A DNA stretch of 32,000 bases from Candidatus Pelagibacter sp. HTCC7211 (GTDB lineage: Bacteria > Pseudomonadota > Alphaproteobacteria > Pelagibacterales > Pelagibacteraceae): NCBI RefSeq assembly GCF_000155895.1, contig NZ_DS995298.1, positions 1,200,001-1,232,000 on the forward strand, in the 5' to 3' direction. Below, piece after piece: positions 24,405-31,154 of the stretch. The first letter of the stretch is position 1; every line of letters starts with the position of its first letter. The notes beneath the pieces were generated by a model that was given only the letters and a program-made list of their open reading frames with translations, was not told the DNA's origin and searched no databases. The translations under genes and the position numbers were made by a program.

Positions 24405-25813
24405 TGCCTAAGAAAAAAACAAAAAAGAAAAATGGTAATGGAAGTGTTGGTGGAAAAGCTGACGTTCATGCACATGAAGATGGAAAAAGAAACAAAAGCT
24501 TATTAGGTCATAATGCTATTTTTACTCCTGAGGTAATTGACGATATTCATATCAAGTCTCAGTTAGGAAGATACAGAATGCGTGGAATGGCATTAATGAA
24601 AAAAATTCCGACATTTGATGATCTAGTTTTCTTACCTGGTACACTTACAAGATTTGTAATCGAAGGCTATAGAGAAAAATGTGAAACTAAAACTGTAATT
24701 GGTCCAAGATGTGAAAACCCTATTGAGCTTGATATACCTGTTTATATTACTGGTATGAGTTTTGGGGCACTTTCTTATGAAGCAAAAACTGCTTTAGCAA
24801 GAGGAGCTACAATGGCTGGAAGCGCTACTTGTTCTGGAGAAGGTGGAATGATACCTGATGAAAGAAGATATTCTGAAAAATGGTATTACCAGTGTATTCA
24901 ATCAAGATACGGTTTTAATCCTCATCATGCTCAACTTGCGGATGGAATTGAAGTTTTCATCGGCCAAGGTCAAAAAGTTGGTATGGGTGGACACTTAATG
25001 GGTCAAAAAGTAACTGACCAAGTAGCTGAAATGAGATCATTGCCTTCTGGTATTGATCAAAGATCTCCTGCTAGACACCCTGACTGGTTGGGTCCAGATG
25101 ACTTAGCTCTTAAGGTTGAAGAATTAAGACAATTAACAAAAAATAAAGTACCAATTCAATTGAAGCTTGGAGCATCAAAAGTTTATGATGATGTTCGTAT
25201 GGCTGCAAAATGTGACCCTGACTCTATCTATCTAGATGGTATGGAAGGTTCTACTGGAGCTGGACCCCATATTGCAGCTGCAAATACTGGTATCCCAGGA
25301 ATTGCTGCAATCAGAGAAGCAAGAAGAGCAATTGATGATGTTGGTAAAACTGGAAAAGTAACTTTAATTTATGCTGGTGGTGTTAGAGATGGTGCTGATA
25401 TGGCAAAAGCTTTAGCATTAGGTGCTGATGCAATTGCAATTGGTACTGGATCAATGATCGCTTTAAACTGTAATAAAGACATCCCAGAAGCTAATTTTGA
25501 AAAAGAAATGGGTGTAAAAGCTGGTGAATGTTATCACTGTCATACAGGACGTTGTCCAGTTGGTGTTGCAACACAGGATCCTAAACTAAGAGCAAGATTA
25601 AATCCTGATGACGCTGCACTAAGAGTTTACAACTATCTTCACTCAATGACTTTAGAAGCTCAGCTTTTAGCAAGAGCGTGTGGTAAAACTAACATCCATT
25701 CTCTAGAGCCAGAAGATTTAGCTGCACTTACTTCTGAGGCATCAGCTTTAGCAAAAGTTCCTTTAGCCGGTACAAACTATACAGTTGGTGTAGATAACTA
25801 TCATAAAATTTAG
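24404..25813 (+). CDS. FMN-dependent glutamate synthase-like subunit (GltB FMN domain / MgsC-like, module 1) retaining a Cys-rich Fe-S-type motif
   Basis: 469 aa. GMSFGALS, IGQGQKVGMGG, YLDGMEGSTGAG and GECYHCHTGRCPVGVATQDP are present. TAATG overlap with the upstream gene. Lys-rich N-terminus MPKKKTKKKNGNG. Confidence 0.85.
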   Translation: MPKKKTKKKNGNGSVGGKADVHAHEDGKRNKSLLGHNAIFTPEVIDDIHIKSQLGRYRMRGMALMKKIPTFDDLVFLPGTLTRFVIEGYREKCETKTVIGPRCENPIELDIPVYITGMSFGALSYEAKTALARGATMAGSATCSGEGGMIPDERRYSEKWYYQCIQSRYGFNPHHAQLADGIEVFIGQGQKVGMGGHLMGQKVTDQVAEMRSLPSGIDQRSPARHPDWLGPDDLALKVEELRQLTKNKVPIQLKLGASKVYDDVRMAAKCDPDSIYLDGMEGSTGAGPHIAAANTGIPGIAAIREARRAIDDVGKTGKVTLIYAGGVRDGADMAKALALGADAIAIGTGSMIALNCNKDIPEANFEKEMGVKAGECYHCHTGRCPVGVATQDPKLRARLNPDDAALRVYNYLHSMTLEAQLLARACGKTNIHSLEPEDLAALTSEASALAKVPLAGTNYTVGVDNYHKI

Positions 25814-25821
25814 GGGTAACT

Positions 25822-26238
25822 ATGGTTAAGAAAAAAAATAAAAAAAAAGTCACAAAGTCAAAGGCTGCTAAAGACCAACAATTAGGCAAGAAAAAAGAAA
25901 CAGCTAGAGAAAAAATGATTGGTCAATCAATCGGTTATAGATATGACGTTAATCTTCTTCCTGACTATACAAAGATAACCCCGTTTCTTAAAAAATATGT
26001 AGAAGCAATGGGATGGGATGATCTTAACTGGTTAGAAGATGTTCATATGGGTTATGAAGAAGGTAGACCAGCAGTGTTTTGTAGAAATGCAAATGGCTGG
26101 GTAACTATTCCAAGTTCAATCAAACTTCCAAACAATCAGCAAGATAGAGATATGATTGCAAGAGAACTTTTAGTTAAGTTTCAAATGTCTCCAAAACACC
26201 CTCTTGTTGATTTGAAAAAAGCTTATCTAAAATTTTAA
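25822..26238 (+). CDS. Hypothetical protein with poly-Lys N-terminus, last gene of module 1
   Basis: 138 aa (MVKKKNKKKVTKSKAAK... then a Trp/Asp-rich globular part). SD AGGGG 8 nt upstream. An 8-nt spacer from the FMN subunit gene, followed by a hairpin. No family recognised. Confidence 0.6.
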   Translation: MVKKKNKKKVTKSKAAKDQQLGKKKETAREKMIGQSIGYRYDVNLLPDYTKITPFLKKYVEAMGWDDLNWLEDVHMGYEEGRPAVFCRNANGWVTIPSSIKLPNNQQDRDMIARELLVKFQMSPKHPLVDLKKAYLKF

Positions 26239-26266
26239 ATCTACAATTATAAGTTGATTATTTTTT

Positions 26267-26295
26267 AAAAACCTAGTGTTCATACTAGGTTTTTA
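26267..26295 (+). terminator. Candidate terminator/attenuator hairpin between module 1 and amt
   Basis: Perfect 11-bp stem AAAAACCTAGT / ACTAGGTTTTT with the 6-nt loop GTTCAT. The U-run is partly inside the stem and the flanks are symmetric (A-run before, T-run after). Confidence 0.5.
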
Positions 26296-26365
26296 AGTAT
26301 TCTTTTATTTGTATCGAATCATTTTCTTTTATAGGATTTCAAAAAACTAATATGGGAGAGATAAA

Positions 26366-27766
26366 ATGACTGATCAGTTAGGCGCTCTCACAACCATATT
26401 TACAGAATTTTACTACTGGGTAACAGTGGTACTGATGTTTTTAATTCACGTCGGTTTCTGTATGTATGAAGTTGGAGCGTCAAGATACAAACACCATCAA
26501 CATACCTTAATGAAAAATACAATGCTTATACCTTTGGTAACAGTAACTTGGTTTTTATTTGGTTGGTGGATTTATTGGGCTTTTCCAACAGGACCAGGAA
26601 TTGCTCCATCAATTATGACAGAAAGTACCGGGCTAGTTTTAGGTGGAGGATTTGGAGGAAATGATCTTGCTAATCCAACTAATGCTCTTATGGCAATTAA
26701 TCTTAACGACCATATAATGGGTGTTTTCTGGGCAGCATTCTTGTTATTTTCATGGACGGCTGCTTCTATTGTTTCAGGGGCTGTTATCGAAAGAATAACA
26801 ACTTTTGCATTTGGAGTTTTAGCAATTGCGATTGGATCTGTTTTCTGGTCGATAGATGCTTCATGGGGATGGCATTTTGATGGATGGATGCTTAAAATTT
26901 TAGGATATCATGATGCTTATGCGTCAGGTGTAATTCACGCAATAGCAGGTGGATTTGCACTTGGTGTTCTTATGGTTTTAGGACCTAGAATTGGAAAATT
27001 TGCATCAAATGGAGAACCTAGAAATATAGGACCACGAAATCCTTGGCTAGTTACTATTGGATTATTTTTAATTTATACTGGTTTCTGGGGATTTTATGCG
27101 GCATGTAATGTTCCAATATATGACCTTGGACCTGAGTATGGAATGGAAGGAGTAACATTCTGGACAGCAACTAACATTTACTTAACACCTACTACATTAA
27201 GTGGAATAACTATGAATTTCTTAATGTCGTTATCAGGTGGATTGTTAGCTGGATATGTTATTGCAAAAGGTGATCCTTTCTGGACTTACTCAAGTGGGCT
27301 AGCAGGTATAATATGTGCATCAGCTGGAAATGACTTATATCATCCAATTCAAGCATTGATTATTGGTATGATTGGTGTTGTGATTTCTTACAAACTTCAT
27401 TATTGGGTTGAACGGAAGTTCAAAATTGATGATGCAGTTGGAGCAGTAGCTGTGCATGGTTATGCTGGTTTTATTGGACTTGTAATTTGTGGATTTGTTT
27501 TAAATGGCTACCCAGCATCTGGTTACAGTGTTGGCGCTATGTGGGACGGATCAACATATGCAACAATTAATCCATTAGGACAATTCTTAGGAGCGATAAT
27601 AATGTTCTTAGTTCTTGGACTAATACCAGGCTACATCATAGCTAAGATACTAAACGGTATGGGTAAATTAAGAATCCCTCGTGAAGTAGAGATAGCTGGA
27701 TTAGACTATGAAACAATGGAATCTGCTAAAGAAGATGAAAAAGCAGTTTCATCGGCAACCAGGTAA
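26366..27766 (+). CDS. amt: Ammonium/methylammonium transporter, Amt family
   Basis: 466 aa, about 11 TM. Both conserved pore histidines sit in Amt contexts (AYASGVIHAIAGGFALG and DDAVGAVAVHGYAGFIG). SD GGGAGAG upstream. Confidence 0.88.
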   Translation: MTDQLGALTTIFTEFYYWVTVVLMFLIHVGFCMYEVGASRYKHHQHTLMKNTMLIPLVTVTWFLFGWWIYWAFPTGPGIAPSIMTESTGLVLGGGFGGNDLANPTNALMAINLNDHIMGVFWAAFLLFSWTAASIVSGAVIERITTFAFGVLAIAIGSVFWSIDASWGWHFDGWMLKILGYHDAYASGVIHAIAGGFALGVLMVLGPRIGKFASNGEPRNIGPRNPWLVTIGLFLIYTGFWGFYAACNVPIYDLGPEYGMEGVTFWTATNIYLTPTTLSGITMNFLMSLSGGLLAGYVIAKGDPFWTYSSGLAGIICASAGNDLYHPIQALIIGMIGVVISYKLHYWVERKFKIDDAVGAVAVHGYAGFIGLVICGFVLNGYPASGYSVGAMWDGSTYATINPLGQFLGAIIMFLVLGLIPGYIIAKILNGMGKLRIPREVEIAGLDYETMESAKEDEKAVSSATR

Positions 27767-27777
27767 AGGAGAAAAAT

Positions 27778-28008
27778 ATGGCTACAGTAACAAACTGGAT
27801 AGATCATCTAAATAAACCTGCAGAAGAGGTTGCTGGATCGGTTTATCCTGGAGCAGGATCTAGTGAATTTATACTAGTTCTATTGTTAATTGTTGTATGG
27901 ATTGGATGGAGTGTCATTACAGATAAATCTGAAAGAGAAGAACTTGAAAGATTATCTCGAAAAAGACACGGTGCAAACGACCATAAAAGCAATATTACCG
28001 ATTGGTAA
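27778..28008 (+). CDS. Small single-pass membrane protein with charged C-terminal tail, coupled to amt
   Basis: 76 aa with TM helix FILVLLLIVVWIGWSVI, then DKSEREELERLSRKRHGANDHK. Canonical SD AAGGAG at 27766-27771, 6 nt before the ATG. Only 11 nt separate it from the amt stop, and a strong terminator follows. Confidence 0.6.
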   Translation: MATVTNWIDHLNKPAEEVAGSVYPGAGSSEFILVLLLIVVWIGWSVITDKSEREELERLSRKRHGANDHKSNITDW

Positions 28009-28023
28009 TTAAATAAATAATTT

Positions 28024-28056
28024 GGGCGCTACTTAATTGTAGCGCCCTTTTTTTTT
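28024..28056 (+). terminator. Rho-independent terminator of the amt / small-protein unit
   Basis: GGGCGCTAC-TTAATT-GTAGCGCCC (9-bp GC-rich stem) followed by nine T. It starts 16 nt after the stop at 28008. Confidence 0.85.
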
Positions 28057-28065
28057 GATTTAAAT

Positions 28066-28218
28066 ATGACAGATGAAGATAAAAAAGTATTAAGACCATC
28101 GAAGATGAGAGGTGTAGTATTTCCAAAAGCTAAATACGGTGTGATAGCTGCTATAATCATCATTGTAGTAGCTAATGTTATCTACTATAAGGATTTTTTA
28201 ATTTCTTTAATAAACTAA
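28066..28218 (+). CDS. Possible 50-aa small membrane protein (unsupported by SD)
   Basis: My translation is MTDEDKKVLRPSKMRGVVFPKAKYGVIAAIIIIVVANVIYYKDFLISLIN, with one hydrophobic helix. It fills most of the gap between the terminator and mgsA. No SD, and it is too short for the ORF track. Confidence 0.25.
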   Translation: MTDEDKKVLRPSKMRGVVFPKAKYGVIAAIIIIVVANVIYYKDFLISLIN

Positions 28219-28230
28219 ACCAAAAAAATT

Positions 28231-29115
28231 ATGTGTGGAATTGTTGGCATCTACTTAAAAACAAAAAAATATGAAAAAAGTTTGGGTAAGATGTTGTCTG
28301 GAATGCTCAATAATATGGAGTCTAGAGGTCCTGATAGTGCTGGATTTGCAATTTATAAAAATGAAGAAAAAAAAATTTTTAAATACTCATTATGTATTGG
28401 TGATTTAGATTTCAATAAATTTAAAAAAGAAATCTCAAAAAAAATTAATAAATCTAAATTAAATCAATATTCAGATCACGTAATTCTTAAAACCCCGATA
28501 GAGCCTAAAACCGTTATAAAAATTATTAATAATAGTTTTCCAGAAATCTCACTGGTTGGTTATGGAAATTCAATTGAAATTTTTAAACAAGTTGGAAACC
28601 CAAAAGATGTAGTTAAAAAATTTAAATTAGATAGTTTTAGTGGTACCCATGGAATTGGTCACACCAGAATGGCAACAGAAAGTGCCATAACAACAGATGG
28701 TTCTCATCCCTATTCTACTGGAAAAGATGAGTGTTTAGTACACAATGGATCATTATCAAATCATAACAATCTTAGAAGAAAACTTATAAAAAAAGGTAAC
28801 ATTTTTAATTCTGAAAATGATACTGAAGTTGCAGCAGGTTATGTTTCAAATAGTTTGTCAAATAAGAAATCATTAAAAGATACTTTGGTGTCAGGTTTAA
28901 AAGACTTAGATGGATTTTATACATTTATTACTGGTACAAAAAAAGGATTTGCAGTTGTTAGAGATGAAATAGCTTGTAAACCGGCTGTCATAGCTGAAAC
29001 AAAAAACTATGTAGCAATTGCATCTGAATTTCAAGCGATGGCTCATTTGCCAGATGTAAATAGTGCAAAAATTTTTGAACCAGAACCTGGTATTGTTTAT
29101 TCTTGGGGAAATTAA
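28231..29115 (+). CDS. mgsA: N-methylglutamate synthase subunit A-like class-II glutamine amidotransferase (module 2)
   Basis: 294 aa starting MCGIVGI, with GHTRMATES and LVHNGSLSNH. First gene of an mgsA-mgsB-mgsC-gmaS-ordered set. Confidence 0.7.
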   Translation: MCGIVGIYLKTKKYEKSLGKMLSGMLNNMESRGPDSAGFAIYKNEEKKIFKYSLCIGDLDFNKFKKEISKKINKSKLNQYSDHVILKTPIEPKTVIKIINNSFPEISLVGYGNSIEIFKQVGNPKDVVKKFKLDSFSGTHGIGHTRMATESAITTDGSHPYSTGKDECLVHNGSLSNHNNLRRKLIKKGNIFNSENDTEVAAGYVSNSLSNKKSLKDTLVSGLKDLDGFYTFITGTKKGFAVVRDEIACKPAVIAETKNYVAIASEFQAMAHLPDVNSAKIFEPEPGIVYSWGN

Positions 29116-29798
29116 TGAAATTAGATTTAAAGAAATTAAAATTAAGAGAAGTAAATGAAAAATTACAAAGTTTAGATCGTAAACAAAATGATAGAAATTT
29201 TACAATAGTTAATCCAGAGGGAAATCATGCTCTTTGTGCAGGGTTAACAGATGAGATAAATATAAATATTAAAGGACATGTGGGTTATTACTGTGCTGGA
29301 ATGAATCAAAAAGCTCAAATTACTATTGATGGAAACGTGGGTACTGGTGTGGCTGAAAATATGATGTCAGGAAAGGTTCATGTTAAAGGTAATGCATCCC
29401 AATCAGCTGGTGCTACCGCACATGGAGGGCTATTAATAATTGATGGTGATGCTAGTTCAAGATGTGGAATTTCAATGAAAGGAATTGATATTATTGTAAA
29501 AGGATCAGTTGGACATATGTCTGGTTTTATGTCTCAATCAGGCAATATGGTAGTTTGCGGTGATGCTGGTGAGGCATTAGGTGATAGTTTATATGAAACT
29601 AACATATATATAAGAGGTAAAGTTAAATCACTTGGTGCAGATTGTGTTGAAAAAAAAATGGATAAAAATCATATTAAAAAACTTAATTCACTTTTAAAAG
29701 ACGCAAGTATTAAAAATCTTAAAGCTGAAAGTTTTAAAAGATACGGTTCAGCAAGAAAATTATATAATTTTAAAATTGACAATGTATCAAGCTACTAA
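29115..29798 (+). CDS. mgsB: N-methylglutamate synthase subunit B-like GXGXG protein (module 2)
   Basis: The track ORF starts at a TTG (29103). The ATG at 29115 forms the same TAATG stop-start overlap seen in module 1. GNVGTGVAENMMSGKVHVKGNASQSAGATAHGGLLIIDGDASSRCG beta-helix repeats. Confidence 0.7.
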   Translation: MKLDLKKLKLREVNEKLQSLDRKQNDRNFTIVNPEGNHALCAGLTDEININIKGHVGYYCAGMNQKAQITIDGNVGTGVAENMMSGKVHVKGNASQSAGATAHGGLLIIDGDASSRCGISMKGIDIIVKGSVGHMSGFMSQSGNMVVCGDAGEALGDSLYETNIYIRGKVKSLGADCVEKKMDKNHIKKLNSLLKDASIKNLKAESFKRYGSARKLYNFKIDNVSSY

Positions 29799-29800
29799 AT

Positions 29801-31120
29801 ATGAAAAAAAATAATAAAACACATCCTCGTCAGTCTTGGACTTTTGACAAATATACAAATTCTGAAATAAGACGAGCGGCAGAAACTGGAATATATGATA
29901 TCAGGGGCGGTGGATCAAAAAGGAAACTTCCGCATTTTGATGACTTATTATTCTTAGGTGCATCAATGTCTAGATATCCTTTAGAAGGTTACCGAGAAAA
30001 ATGCACAACTAATGTTACACTTGGAACTAAATATGCAAAAAAACCATTAGAGTTAGATATTCCAATTACGATTGCAGGTATGAGCTTTGGAGCTTTATCT
30101 GGTCCAGCTAAAGAAGCACTAGGTAGAGGTGCTAGTGCTGCTGGAACTTCTACAACAACTGGTGATGGAGGAATGACCCCTGAAGAAAGAGGACAATCAA
30201 AATATTTAGTTTATCAGTTATTACCCTCTAGATATGGCATGAATCCTGATGATTTAAGAAAAGCCGATGCAATAGAAGTTGTTATTGGCCAGGGTGCAAA
30301 ACCTGGTGGTGGTGGAATGTTATTAGGTCAAAAAATTAATGATCGAGTTGCAAAAATGAGAACTTTGCCAAAAGGTGTAGATCAAAGATCAGCGTGTAGA
30401 CATCCTGATTGGACAGGACCAGATGATTTAAAAATTAAAATTTTAGAATTAAGAGAAATTACCAAATGGAAGGTTCCAATATTTATTAAAATTGCTGGAG
30501 CTAGACCATATTATGATACCGCTTTAGCTGTAAAAGCAGGAGCAGATGTTGTTGTTCTTGATGGAATGCAAGGAGGAACTGCTGCAACACAAGAAGTATT
30601 TATTGAAAATGTTGGTCAACCTACCCTTGCTTGTATTAAGCCAGCTGTTGATGCACTTCAAGATTTAAATTCACACCGCGAAGTACAATTAGTTATTTCT
30701 GGAGGTATTAGAAATGGAGGTGACGTTGCTAAAGCTTTAGCCTTGGGGGCTGATGCTGTATCAATTGGAAGTGCAGCTATGATTGCACTTGGTGATAATG
30801 ATCCTAAATGGGAAAAAGAATATAATATGCTTGGGACAACTGCAGGTGCGTATGATGATTGGCATGAAGGAAATGATCCAGCTGGAATTTCAACTCAAAA
30901 TCCAAAATTAATGAAAAGATTAGATCCTGTTAAAGCAGGTAAAAGATTAACTAATTATTTAAAAGTAATGACGCTTGAAGCGCAAACTCTTGCAAGGGCT
31001 TGTGGAAAAAATAGCCTTCACAATCTTGAACCTGAAGATTTATGTGCTTTAACAGTAGAAGCAGCAGCTATGGCTGGAGTTCCCTTAGCTGGTACGAACT
31101 GGATACCTGGAAAAAAATAA
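29801..31120 (+). CDS. mgsC: N-methylglutamate synthase subunit C-like FMN protein (module 2), lacking the Cys motif
   Basis: 439 aa. GMSFGALS, IGQGAKPGGGG and VLDGMQGGTAAT are present. The position of the module 1 Cys motif reads AYDDWHEGNDPAGISTQNP. Confidence 0.7.
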   Translation: MKKNNKTHPRQSWTFDKYTNSEIRRAAETGIYDIRGGGSKRKLPHFDDLLFLGASMSRYPLEGYREKCTTNVTLGTKYAKKPLELDIPITIAGMSFGALSGPAKEALGRGASAAGTSTTTGDGGMTPEERGQSKYLVYQLLPSRYGMNPDDLRKADAIEVVIGQGAKPGGGGMLLGQKINDRVAKMRTLPKGVDQRSACRHPDWTGPDDLKIKILELREITKWKVPIFIKIAGARPYYDTALAVKAGADVVVLDGMQGGTAATQEVFIENVGQPTLACIKPAVDALQDLNSHREVQLVISGGIRNGGDVAKALALGADAVSIGSAAMIALGDNDPKWEKEYNMLGTTAGAYDDWHEGNDPAGISTQNPKLMKRLDPVKAGKRLTNYLKVMTLEAQTLARACGKNSLHNLEPEDLCALTVEAAAMAGVPLAGTNWIPGKK

Positions 31121-31154
31121 TTGATTATATTTTTTTAAACAAGTAGGGTTGTTT

